A stretch of 64,000 nucleotides of DNA, taken from the sequence record DRR723986_1318. One strand, 5' to 3'. Below the pieces are notes generated by a model that made no database searches, was not told the DNA's origin, and saw nothing but the letters and a program-made list of their open reading frames with translations. Positions within the stretch are counted from its first letter, which is position 1. Every line of letters begins with the position of its first letter. Below, piece by piece: positions 40,048 through 49,463 of the stretch. Both the position numbers and the translations under genes were made by a program.

Positions 40048-40563
40048 ATGACTACCAAGCTAGACGATACTGCCACACTGCCTCCTGTTACCTGCGTTGA
40101 AGAGCCGATTTACCTCGATTACAACTTCACAGCGGGGCATGCGGCCAGCCGTTTTCTGAAAGAAATTAAAAAAGGTCGGTTGGTGGGGCAGCGTTGCCCG
40201 TCGTGCCGCAATGTCTACGTTCCTCCTCGAGGCCTGTGCGCGGCATGTGGTGTGCCAATGGCGGAAGACGTCGAGTTATCTAATAAGGCGACAATTGAGT
40301 CGTTCACCGTGGTGCATATTCCACTACCGGGAAACCCGATCAAACCTCCCTTTGTTGTCGCAAACATCGTGCCTGATGGTGCGAACGTTTCCTTTATTCA
40401 CCTTGTCAGCGACTGCGATATCAATGATGTACGCATTGGTATGCGCATCGAGGCGCGGTGGCGTGATCGCTCGCAATGGAGTTACTCCATGGAAAATATT
40501 CAGTATTACGCGCCCATTGACGAGCCCGATATTCCGCGGGATTCGATAGGAAGACTGGACTGA
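40048..40563 (+). CDS. Zn-ribbon/OB-fold DUF35 protein (resembles C-half of Rv3521)
   Basis: CPSC...CAAC zinc ribbon, IKPPFVVA, VRIGMRIEARW, ENIQYYAP. Confidence 0.88.
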   Translation: MTTKLDDTATLPPVTCVEEPIYLDYNFTAGHAASRFLKEIKKGRLVGQRCPSCRNVYVPPRGLCAACGVPMAEDVELSNKATIESFTVVHIPLPGNPIKPPFVVANIVPDGANVSFIHLVSDCDINDVRIGMRIEARWRDRSQWSYSMENIQYYAPIDEPDIPRDSIGRLD

Positions 40564-41636
40564 TGGTAGCCAATAGTAAGCGCGAGGTCGCCGTCGTTGC
40601 CTTCGCCCAAAGTGCCATTCGCCGGGATGCTGGCAGCTGCAATGAAGTGGAGTTGATCGCTCCTGTTATTCGAGAGGCGCTCGATCAAGCCGGGTTAGAC
40701 AGTGTCCAGGATGTGGGTTTTACCTGCTCGGGGAGCTGTGATTATTTGCAGGGCGCCGCCTTTGCTTTTGTCTCGGGGCTCGATGCATTGGGCGCGGTGC
40801 CGCCGATAAAAGAATCGCACGTTGAAATGGACGGTGCCTGGGCACTCTATGAAGCCTGGCTGAAAATTCAGACTGGTGAAGTATCGTCGGCGCTGCTCTA
40901 CGGTTTTAGCAAATCGTCCCAGGGTGACTTGCCCTCAGTCCTGAGCCTTCAGCTCGACCCCTATTACCTCCAGCCACTTTGGCCGGACTCAGTAAGCCTG
41001 GCCGCATTGCAGGCGCGGGCCATGTTGGATAAGGGCGATGTGACCGAAGCGGATATGGCGCGCGTGGTCGCCGATTCTCGTCAGCGAGCCAAAACTAATG
41101 CGTATGCACAGTTGGCGGGTGATGTGGCAGTAGAAACATTGCTTGATGAGCCCGAGTTTGTTGCGCCCCTGCGTCGGCACGACTGCTGCCCGGTATCGGA
41201 CGGTGCTTCCGCGGTGATCATTTGTACCGTTGAAAAGGCAAAAGAATGGGGCAGGCCCTATGCGCTTATTCGTGGCATCGATCATCGAATTGAGACCCAC
41301 AATATCGGTGCCCGCGATCTGACCCGTTCGGTATCAACAGAAATCGCCGCCAAGAAGGCCGGGGCCTGCGAGGGGCCGATTGATATCGCGGAAATTTGTG
41401 CGCCTTTTAGTCATCAGCATATTTTATTGCAGCGCGCTTTGGGTCTCGATTCAAACACCACTGTGAACCCCTCGGGCGGCGTGTTAGCCGGTAACCCAAT
41501 GATGGCCGCAGGCCTAAGCCGCATTGGTGAAGTTGCCATGCGCATCATTCGTGGTGAGGCCCGACGAGGGCTCGCGCATGCCACCTCTGGGCCGTGCTTA
41601 CAACAAAACATGGTTGTCGTGTTGGAGGGGGCGTAA
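40563..41636 (+). CDS. ltp4: Thiolase-fold protein, Ltp4-like aldolase subunit
   Basis: CSGSCDYLQG, GAVPPIKESHVEMDGAWALYEAW, HATSGPCLQQN closely recall mycobacterial Ltp4. Confidence 0.8.
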   Translation: MVANSKREVAVVAFAQSAIRRDAGSCNEVELIAPVIREALDQAGLDSVQDVGFTCSGSCDYLQGAAFAFVSGLDALGAVPPIKESHVEMDGAWALYEAWLKIQTGEVSSALLYGFSKSSQGDLPSVLSLQLDPYYLQPLWPDSVSLAALQARAMLDKGDVTEADMARVVADSRQRAKTNAYAQLAGDVAVETLLDEPEFVAPLRRHDCCPVSDGASAVIICTVEKAKEWGRPYALIRGIDHRIETHNIGARDLTRSVSTEIAAKKAGACEGPIDIAEICAPFSHQHILLQRALGLDSNTTVNPSGGVLAGNPMMAAGLSRIGEVAMRIIRGEARRGLAHATSGPCLQQNMVVVLEGA

Positions 41637-42799
41637 TGGCGAATTGGGCGGCTGTGGTGGGCGTAGGGCAAACCAAATATCAGGCGACGCGTGGCGATGT
41701 ATCCATTGCCGGCTTGGTAAGAGAGGCTGCGCGGCGAGCCCTTGACGATGCAGGCTTAGAGTGGGGCGACATTGATGCCGTAATTATTGGCAAAGCCCCT
41801 GATATGTTCGAAGGCATGACCATGCCGGAGCTGTATCTGACTGATGCGCTGGGTTGCAATGGCAAGCCGATGTTGCGGGTACATACCGCCGGCTCTGTTG
41901 GCGGATCAACGGCCATTGTCGCGGCGTCTTATGTGCAAAGTGGTGTCTTTGATCGGGTATTGACGGTTGCCTACGAAAAGCAGTCGGAGTCGAATGCGAT
42001 GTGGGCGCTGTCAAACCCTCAGCCGTTTTCTCTGCACCTAAATGCCGGTGCTGGCGGTTATTTCGCGCCGATCATGCGCGAGTATATTCGCCGTTCAGGT
42101 GCACCTGACGACGTAGGTGTCCACGTTGCCGTGAAAGACCGCCTGAATGGCGCGCGCAATCCGCTGGCACACTTGCAATTACCCAACATCACAACAGAAG
42201 AAGTGAAAGCGAGCCCGTTGCTGTGGGAGCCGCTGCGCTTTCTGGAGAGCTGCCCATCTTCAGACGGTGCCTGCGCGATGGTGATATCTAGCGAGGCCTT
42301 GGTTGACGAGTCGCCCGGAAAGCCGGCGTGGATTCGCGGCACCGGCATGCGCAGCGAGCCGGCAATTTTTGCGGGCCGCGAAAACGTGGATACCCAGTCA
42401 GGGCGTGATTGCGCCAAAGATGTGTATGCACAGGCAGGCATCAGTAACCCACGCCGAGAGCTGGATTGCGCCGAAGTGTATGTTCCCTTCTCGTGGTACG
42501 AGCCCATGTGGCTTGAAAACCTCGGCTTCGCAGACCAGAACAAAGGCTGGGAGTTGACCATGAGTGGCGCGACATCGGCCATCGAAAACGGCGACATTCC
42601 GTGGAATCCCTCAGGGGGAGTGCTGTCGTCGAACCCCATCGGTGCGTCGGGAATGATTCGGTTTGCAGAGGCAGCCCAGCAGGTGCGCGGAACGGCAGGC
42701 GCCTATCAGGTCGATGGCGCAAAAACCGCATTGGGTCACGCCTACGGTGGCGGCGCTCAGTTTTATTCCATGTGGATTGTTGGCTCGGAAAGAGCCTGA
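41636..42799 (+). CDS. ltp3: Thiolase-fold protein, Ltp3-like aldolase subunit
   Basis: TAATG-coupled start MANWAA; GKAPDMFEG, RVHTAGSVGGST, EVYVPFSWYEP, LSSNPIGASG, GHAYGG. Confidence 0.82.
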   Translation: MANWAAVVGVGQTKYQATRGDVSIAGLVREAARRALDDAGLEWGDIDAVIIGKAPDMFEGMTMPELYLTDALGCNGKPMLRVHTAGSVGGSTAIVAASYVQSGVFDRVLTVAYEKQSESNAMWALSNPQPFSLHLNAGAGGYFAPIMREYIRRSGAPDDVGVHVAVKDRLNGARNPLAHLQLPNITTEEVKASPLLWEPLRFLESCPSSDGACAMVISSEALVDESPGKPAWIRGTGMRSEPAIFAGRENVDTQSGRDCAKDVYAQAGISNPRRELDCAEVYVPFSWYEPMWLENLGFADQNKGWELTMSGATSAIENGDIPWNPSGGVLSSNPIGASGMIRFAEAAQQVRGTAGAYQVDGAKTALGHAYGGGAQFYSMWIVGSERA

Positions 42800-42822
42800 G
42801 TACAGAGAGTTCGGAGAGTACT

Positions 42823-43644
42823 GTGGTAGAAGAATTGGATATCAGCACCGATAACTGCGTTATCGAAAAAGAGGGTAGCACATTGATTGTTACCCTTAAC
42901 CGGCCGGAAGCGAAGAACGCATTTAGTTTGGGAATGCTTCATGGCTTGTATCGCGCCTGGCGTCGCCTCGACGAGGATGGCCAGCTAATGTGCGCGATTC
43001 TCACGGCAAACGGAAACACCTTTTGCGCGGGTATGGATCTAAAGGCCGGCCCCGATGATACGCCGGGTCGCACAGCGGAAATAGAGGAAACCCAGCGCCT
43101 TGTGCCCAACATGCATTGGCAAGCTCTGCTCCGTGACAACCGGCCGAATAAGCCCATTATTTTAGCGGTTGAAGGTTATGCATTGGCGGGTGGGACCGAA
43201 ATTTTGGCGGGTACCGACATTCGTTTTGGTGCTGAAGGCTCGACCTATGGTGTTACCGAAGTCGCCCGAGGGTTGTATCCAATGGCCGGTGCAAGCATCC
43301 GCTTGCCACGACAAATACCGTATTGCCTGGCCGCTGAAATACTGATTACCGGGCGCCACGTAACCGCCACTGAGGCCCTTGAGTGGGGGCTGATCAACCG
43401 AGTGGTGCCTAACGGCCAGGCGCTTGCAGAAGCGAAGAAGTTGGCGGAGGAGATCGGTAAGACGGGGCCGATCGCGTTGAAAGCGATTATGAAATCGCTG
43501 CGCCAACTGCAGGCCGATGTTTCCGAAGAAGAGGCAATGCTGTCGTCCGATAAGCTGGCGGGGCCAGTGTTTGCGTCAGAGGACGCAAAGGAAGGCATGC
43601 GCGCATTCAAGGAAAAGCGCGCCGCCAAGTTTATGGGGCGATAG
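42823..43644 (+). CDS. echA19: Enoyl-CoA hydratase/isomerase, EchA19-like
   Basis: GTG start with ggagag RBS; FCAGMDLKA, AGGTEILAGTDIR, LPRQIPY, SEDAKEG. Confidence 0.8.
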   Translation: MVEELDISTDNCVIEKEGSTLIVTLNRPEAKNAFSLGMLHGLYRAWRRLDEDGQLMCAILTANGNTFCAGMDLKAGPDDTPGRTAEIEETQRLVPNMHWQALLRDNRPNKPIILAVEGYALAGGTEILAGTDIRFGAEGSTYGVTEVARGLYPMAGASIRLPRQIPYCLAAEILITGRHVTATEALEWGLINRVVPNGQALAEAKKLAEEIGKTGPIALKAIMKSLRQLQADVSEEEAMLSSDKLAGPVFASEDAKEGMRAFKEKRAAKFMGR

Positions 43645-43646
43645 AC

Positions 43647-44792
43647 ATGACTTGCGGGCCGCTGGTGGGGTTCAATGTTCTCGAGATGGCGGGTATTGGT
43701 CCCGCCCCCTTCGCTTGTATGTTGTTGTCGGACCTCGGTGCCGATGTCATCCGCATCGATAGGGTCGGCGCTGAAGCGCCGGCAAACAGTGGAGACTTCG
43801 TCGCGCGAGGACGCCGTTCCATCGCCGTTAATCTAAAAGACACCAAAGGTATTGAAGTCGTATTAAAGCTGGTGGAGAGCGCCGATGTCATCATCGAGGG
43901 GTTTCGCCCCGGTGTCATGGAAAAACTGGGTTTGGGCCCTGATGCCTGTGCTGCTCGAAACCCCGGCATCGTTTATGGGCGAATGACCGGATGGGGGCAG
44001 AGTGGCCCTCTGTCTTCGGCTGCCGGTCACGACATCAATTACATCGCGATTACCGGTGCGCTGGATGCAATAGGCAGCGAGCAATCCGGCCCAGTGCCAC
44101 CGCTAAACCTATTGGGCGATTACGCTGGTGGGGCGATGTATCTGGTCGTTGGCATATTGTCGGCATTGTTGGAGCGGGGCCACTCGGAAAAGGGGCAGGT
44201 GGTCGATGCGGCGATATGCGATGGCACAATTTCATTGACCACCGCGATCCATGCCTTTAAAGCGATGGCTATGTGGCAGGATGGGCGGTGCGACAACTTA
44301 CTCGACGGCGGCGCTCACTTTTATGCCAACTATCTCTGCGCCGATGGCAAGTACATTAGCCTGGGCGCAATAGAGCCAAAGTTTTACAGCCTGCTTGCTG
44401 AAAAACTTGAGATTGACCTTGGTGAACCGGGTGCTCATTTCGACCGGTCGCAATGGCCAAAGTACAAAGCAAAGATCGCTCAGCGCATTGCAATGAAATC
44501 CCGAGACGAGTGGTGCGCCTTATTAGAGGGAAGCGATGTCTGTTTCGCCCCTGTTTTGGATTGGAGCGAAGCGCCTGATCATCCGCACAATCAAGCGCGG
44601 GGTAATTTCATAGAGCTTGATGGCCACTTACAGCCCGCACCTGCCCCCAAGTTGTCGCGCACGCCTGGCAGGGTTCAGTCTTCGCCGACAGGTGTTGCAC
44701 GTGACACCAGAGATATCTTGTTGTCGTTGGGTTACGGCGATGGGGACATCGACGAACTACTAACCAGCAATACCGTCTCTTCAATACCGTAA
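43647..44792 (+). CDS. mcr: CaiB/BaiF family protein, alpha-methylacyl-CoA racemase-like
   Basis: GIGPAPF, EGFRPGVMEKLG, AGHDINY, PPLNLLGDYAGG, NLLDGGA. Confidence 0.85.
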   Translation: MTCGPLVGFNVLEMAGIGPAPFACMLLSDLGADVIRIDRVGAEAPANSGDFVARGRRSIAVNLKDTKGIEVVLKLVESADVIIEGFRPGVMEKLGLGPDACAARNPGIVYGRMTGWGQSGPLSSAAGHDINYIAITGALDAIGSEQSGPVPPLNLLGDYAGGAMYLVVGILSALLERGHSEKGQVVDAAICDGTISLTTAIHAFKAMAMWQDGRCDNLLDGGAHFYANYLCADGKYISLGAIEPKFYSLLAEKLEIDLGEPGAHFDRSQWPKYKAKIAQRIAMKSRDEWCALLEGSDVCFAPVLDWSEAPDHPHNQARGNFIELDGHLQPAPAPKLSRTPGRVQSSPTGVARDTRDILLSLGYGDGDIDELLTSNTVSSIP

Positions 44793-45005
44793 TTCGCCTA
44801 CGCAAGCGCAATCTCCGCCTTAGCGCAATGTCGCCTGCGAGCCCCCGGCGGCAGCGAAAAATTCTGGCTGTATATGCAAATTAACTCTGGAGGCTTTTGG
44901 CATTGGTTGCTCGCGTGGGGGCTGATAAAACTACAGCTTAAGTGATCTGCGCCGCGGGAATGGCTCGGCGGTGGGTTTTCTGTTGGGAACTGCGAGGGAA
45001 ATAAC

Positions 45006-45785
45006 GTGATTGATATGGATGGCAAAGTTGCGCTGATTAGCGGCGGTGCCCGGGGGCAAGGGGCAGCGGAGGCGCGTCTATTTGCCAGTCTCGGCGCAAA
45101 GGTGGTGATCGGTGATCTGCTGTGTGAAGAGGGTGAAGAAGTCGCCCGTTCAATCGGCCCCCAGGCGGCCTTTTGCCGACTAGATGTTACGTCTGAGCAG
45201 GATTGGCAGGCTGCTGTGGCGCTGACTCTGGAGAAGTTCGGCAAGCTGAATGTGCTGGTTAATAACGCGGGGATCTCGGGCGGAAAATTCCTTGAAGATG
45301 AAACCGAAGAAGGCTTCATGAAAATGATCCAGATTAATCAGCTGGGCGTTTTTCTTGGAATGAAATCGGTTGTCGCGGCAATGCGAGCGGCCGGTGGAGG
45401 CTCCATTGTGAATATCTCGTCGACGGCGGGCTTTCGCGGGGTGACTAAATGTATTGCTTATTCAGCGTCTAAGTGGGCCGTTCGAGGCATGACAAAAACG
45501 GCGGCTATAGAACTGGGTCGCGATGGCATTCGGGTCAACTCGGTGCACCCCGGTGTGATCAACACCGCGATGGTGAAGTGGGACGAAATACCCGATAAGC
45601 AGCGCGATATGGTGGCGGGTATGTTGCCGCTTGCTCGCATCGGCGAGGTGTCTGAAGTTGCCCAGATGGTGACGTTTCTCGCTTCGGATGCCAGTTCATA
45701 TAGTACTGGTGGTGAATTCATTATCGATGGTGGCTCCACAGCGGGCACGCCTTTTTTCCAACCTAAGCGAAAAGCCAAGGCGTAA
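45006..45785 (+). CDS. SDR, 3-alpha(20-beta)-hydroxysteroid dehydrogenase-like
   Basis: SGGARGQG, NNAG, YSASKWAVRGMTK, NSVHPG. Confidence 0.85.
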   Translation: MIDMDGKVALISGGARGQGAAEARLFASLGAKVVIGDLLCEEGEEVARSIGPQAAFCRLDVTSEQDWQAAVALTLEKFGKLNVLVNNAGISGGKFLEDETEEGFMKMIQINQLGVFLGMKSVVAAMRAAGGGSIVNISSTAGFRGVTKCIAYSASKWAVRGMTKTAAIELGRDGIRVNSVHPGVINTAMVKWDEIPDKQRDMVAGMLPLARIGEVSEVAQMVTFLASDASSYSTGGEFIIDGGSTAGTPFFQPKRKAKA

Positions 45786-45835
45786 CGCGCCGACGGGCGT
45801 GACTTGCCCCATCACCAAACCGAATAAGGCAGGCT

Positions 45836-47026
45836 ATGGAAAATCAGGAAACATTTAGGCGCGAAGTTGCCAACTGGCTAGAGGAAAATTGCCCACCGGC
45901 GATGCGAGAGCCCGCCCGACCGGAAGACCTCTACAACGGTGGCAGTAAAGGGGAGTTCCCCTGTGAGGACGCGCGTCTTTGGTTTGAGCGTATGTTGGCC
46001 AGGGGCTGGACCGCGCCGGATTGGCCCGAGGAATACGGTGGTGCGGGTCTCAATAAAGACGAGAGCAAAATTCTCAAGCAGGAGATGAAGCGCCTCGGCT
46101 GCCGCCCGGCGCTGGCGGCCGGTCAGGGGCTTGCCATGCTGGGCCCGGCATTGCTCGAGTATGGTACTGAGCAACAAAAACGCGAACACCTACCGAAAAT
46201 AGCCCGTGGTGAAGTGCGTTGGTGTCAGGGCTACAGCGAGCCTGGGGCAGGTTCTGATCTTGCAAATATTCAATGCAAGGCCGAGGACAAGGGTGACCAC
46301 TTTCTCGTAAATGGCACTAAAATTTGGACGTCAAACGCCGATGCCGCTGATTGGATATTTTGTCTTGTACGAACTGACTCAGAAGCCCCAAAGCATGAGG
46401 GAATCAGCTTTGTACTGATGGATATGGCGCAGCAGGGAGTGAGCGTTAGTCCGATCGAGCTAATATCGGGTGACTCCGATTTTTGTCAAACCTTTTTCGA
46501 TAACGCGCGAGTTGAAAAGCGCAATATGTTGGGTGAGCAGAATAAGGGCTGGGGTGTTGCCAAGCGATTGTTGCAGCACGAGCGGACGCTGATGTCCGAG
46601 CTGTCAGAATTGGCCGTTGGCCCCAGGTATTCGCCCTCTGAAGTTGCTCGCCGGTATTTGCCCATGGCCGACGGTAAATTGCTAGACGGTAACTTACGTC
46701 AGCAACTCACGCAGTACGATATGGATGCCATGGTTATGGGCCTGGCTAAGCAAAAGGCGTTTGAGGAAGGTCGGCAGGGTACGCTTGATCCCAATACCAC
46801 TTCTTTCTTTAAGTACTACGCAACGGAATTAGACCAGAGGTGTAGTGAGTTAAAACTGGCCTTGATGGGCACCCAGGGGTTGGGTTGGGAAGGCGAAGGC
46901 TTCGATAGCGATGAACTTATGGAAGCGAGGCATTGGGCGCATTCGAAAATTTTGACGATCGCCGGTGGCAGTTCCGAAATTCAATTGAACGTGGTCGCGA
47001 AGCGCGTATTACAGCTGCCGGACTGA
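45836..47026 (+). CDS. Acyl-CoA dehydrogenase (catalytic subunit of a probable alpha2beta2 pair)
   Basis: WCQGYSEPGAGSDLA, NGTKIWTS, LQHER, TIAGGSSEIQ. Confidence 0.93.
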   Translation: MENQETFRREVANWLEENCPPAMREPARPEDLYNGGSKGEFPCEDARLWFERMLARGWTAPDWPEEYGGAGLNKDESKILKQEMKRLGCRPALAAGQGLAMLGPALLEYGTEQQKREHLPKIARGEVRWCQGYSEPGAGSDLANIQCKAEDKGDHFLVNGTKIWTSNADAADWIFCLVRTDSEAPKHEGISFVLMDMAQQGVSVSPIELISGDSDFCQTFFDNARVEKRNMLGEQNKGWGVAKRLLQHERTLMSELSELAVGPRYSPSEVARRYLPMADGKLLDGNLRQQLTQYDMDAMVMGLAKQKAFEEGRQGTLDPNTTSFFKYYATELDQRCSELKLALMGTQGLGWEGEGFDSDELMEARHWAHSKILTIAGGSSEIQLNVVAKRVLQLPD

Positions 47027-47099
47027 TAATTGTTGATTACTTGCTCTCGAAACAAACTCCTTACACAAGCAGGTCCTGGATGCAAAGGCGGTCGAAACA

Positions 47100-48239
47100 A
47101 TGACGATGGTATTAAGTGAAGAGCAGATATTACTGAAAGACACCGCACGCGAATTTATCCAGTCGCAATGTCCGGTTGGAGAATTTCGCAAGCTCCGTGA
47201 TGCTCCATCAGGGACGGGGTATTCAGCAGCCCATTGGCGGACAATGGTCGAGCTGGGTTGGCCAGGTATTTTACTGCCCGAAGACTGTGGTGGTATGGAT
47301 TTCGGCTATGTCGGCTTAGGTGGAATTATGGAGGAGGCCGGTCGAACCCTGTTGGCCTCGCCGCTTTTTGCCACAGTGATTCTGGGTGCGCAGTGCGTGC
47401 AAATCGGTGGCAGCAGTCTTCAGCGTGAATCTGTGTTGCCTAAGGTGGTGGAGGGGCAGTGCACACTGGCCCTTGCCCTCGATGAGGGGAGTCGCCATGC
47501 CCCCCTGGAAACTGCCATGTCGGCGCGCACTGACGGTGACGGATTCGTGCTGAACGGAAGAAAGGCGTTTGTTCTGGATGGCGGTAGCGCAGATCAGTTA
47601 ATCGTTGTGGCGCGCAGTGCCGGCAGCCCGGGTGAGGAGTACGGCCTGACGCTCTTTCTCGTTGACGCTAACTCAGCCGGTATGTCACGCCGCGAGCTGA
47701 CCCTGATGGACGAACGCGGCGCGGCGCAGATCGACTTTAGTAATGTACGTGTTGAGCGGAGTGCTGTCCTCGGCGAGGTTGATCAGGGCTGGAAGGTGTT
47801 GTCACCGGTGCTGGACGCCGCTTGCATACTCCTGGCCGCTGAAATGCTCGGTGGCATTTCGGAATGCTTTGATCGCACTGTGGCCTACCTGAAAGATCGC
47901 GAGCAGTTCGGTGTGAAAATAGGTAGCTTTCAAGCGCTAAAACACCGTGCTGCCAAGTTGTTCGCCGAGGTCGAGTTATGTCGCGCCGCAGTGCGGGCGG
48001 GGCTCGTCGCCCTAGATCGCGGGTCTGACCAGGTGCCGCTGTTGGCCAGCCTCGCAAAAAGCCGCCTTAATGATATTGCCAAACTGGCGACGAATGAGGC
48101 GGTGCAGATGCACGGCGGCATCGGCGTGACGGATGAACTCGATATCGGCTTGTTCTTAAAACGGGCCCGAGTCACCGCACAGACCCTCGGTGATAGTAGT
48201 TACCACAGTGACCGCTTCGCTCGGTTAAGTGGCTACTAG
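47100..48239 (+). CDS. Acyl-CoA dehydrogenase (partner subunit)
   Basis: ELGWPG, REQFGVKIGSFQALKH, QMHGGIG; lacks the SEPxAGSD and GGxxE motifs. Confidence 0.92.
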   Translation: MTMVLSEEQILLKDTAREFIQSQCPVGEFRKLRDAPSGTGYSAAHWRTMVELGWPGILLPEDCGGMDFGYVGLGGIMEEAGRTLLASPLFATVILGAQCVQIGGSSLQRESVLPKVVEGQCTLALALDEGSRHAPLETAMSARTDGDGFVLNGRKAFVLDGGSADQLIVVARSAGSPGEEYGLTLFLVDANSAGMSRRELTLMDERGAAQIDFSNVRVERSAVLGEVDQGWKVLSPVLDAACILLAAEMLGGISECFDRTVAYLKDREQFGVKIGSFQALKHRAAKLFAEVELCRAAVRAGLVALDRGSDQVPLLASLAKSRLNDIAKLATNEAVQMHGGIGVTDELDIGLFLKRARVTAQTLGDSSYHSDRFARLSGY

Positions 48240-48323
48240 CGTTCTAAAATTTCGCCCTCGCCCGCCGCCTGGCTGTGTAGGCCTGCGGCACTTGCCCACC
48301 ATCACGCACAGCGGAGAAAAGCA

Positions 48324-49340
48324 ATGAAACTGGGACTTACCTTCGGCTACTGGCAACAAGACCCTACTCCCAATATGGTCGAGCTCGCTCAGGAGGCGGA
48401 GCGGCTTGGCTTTGACTCCGTCTGGACGGCCGAGGCCTACGGATCGGACTGTTTTTCCCCCCTGACTTGGCTGGGCGCCCATACCAAAACCATTAAGCTG
48501 GGCACGGGAATCATGCAGTTATCGGCGCGCACGCCGGTCTGCGCTGCCATGACGGCGCTCACCATTGACCACCTCACTAATGGTCGACTCATTCTCGGGG
48601 TCGGGGTGTCCGGGCCGCAGGTGGTTGAGGGATGGTATGGCCAGGATTTTCGCAAACCGCTAACCCGCACGCGTGAATGGCTGGACATCTTTCGCCAGGT
48701 GATCGCCCGCGAGCAGCCTGTCAGCCTTGATGGCAAGGTGTATCAGCTGCCACTACAAGGCGGAATGGGGCTGGGCAAGCCGCTGAAAAGCATCACGCAC
48801 CCGCTGCGCAGCCATATCCCCGTGTACCTGGGCGCCGAAGGGCCAAAAAACGTACAGCTGGCGGCTGAAGCGTTCGATGGCTGGATGCCCGTATTCGTCT
48901 CGCCCTACCGCATGGATATCTTCGCTGACTCCCTGCAACACCGCCGCGAAGGCCACGAGATCGCCGCTTACTGTTCGGTGAACGTTAACGATGACCTGGC
49001 CGCCGCACTGCTGCCGGTGAAATACACCCTGGCCTTATATCTTGGTGGTATGGGGGCGAAGGATATGAACTTCCATATGAATTTGATGGGGCGGATGGGG
49101 TTCGGCGATGCCGCCGAAAAAGTGCAGGAGTTGTTCTATGCCGGCAAACGCGAGGAAGCCGTGATGGCTGTGCCCGATGCGTTGGCTGATGAAATATCCC
49201 TGAGCGGCCCGAAAGACCGGATTCGAGAACGCCTGCAGGATTGGCAGAAATCTGATGTCACGTCTTTACTCATAGGGTGTTACGGGAGCCTGACGGATAA
49301 ATACGAGACCATGCGCTTTCTTGCAGAAGAGACTCTCTAA
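48324..49340 (+). CDS. LLM-class oxidoreductase, Rv3520c-like (predicted F420-dependent)
   Basis: AEAYGSD, QLSARTP, LGVGVSGPQVVEGWYG, GLGKPLKSITHPLR, GAEGPKN. Confidence 0.88.
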   Translation: MKLGLTFGYWQQDPTPNMVELAQEAERLGFDSVWTAEAYGSDCFSPLTWLGAHTKTIKLGTGIMQLSARTPVCAAMTALTIDHLTNGRLILGVGVSGPQVVEGWYGQDFRKPLTRTREWLDIFRQVIAREQPVSLDGKVYQLPLQGGMGLGKPLKSITHPLRSHIPVYLGAEGPKNVQLAAEAFDGWMPVFVSPYRMDIFADSLQHRREGHEIAAYCSVNVNDDLAAALLPVKYTLALYLGGMGAKDMNFHMNLMGRMGFGDAAEKVQELFYAGKREEAVMAVPDALADEISLSGPKDRIRERLQDWQKSDVTSLLIGCYGSLTDKYETMRFLAEETL

Positions 49341-49463
49341 GAGCGGGCGGTTTTGTAAAGTGAACTCGGTGGGCTTTGTTATGGTCGGCGCGGGGTGACG
49401 AATCTACCATCTCTTTAGCATCTCAAAAAACTCTAATCGCTTGCTGAAGAAAAGGTATCTGTC

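Noticed and set aside
44905-44920. Sigma54 promoter before the SDR (TTGGCA...TTGC)
   Set aside because: GG-to-GC spacing is 8 nt rather than the required 10
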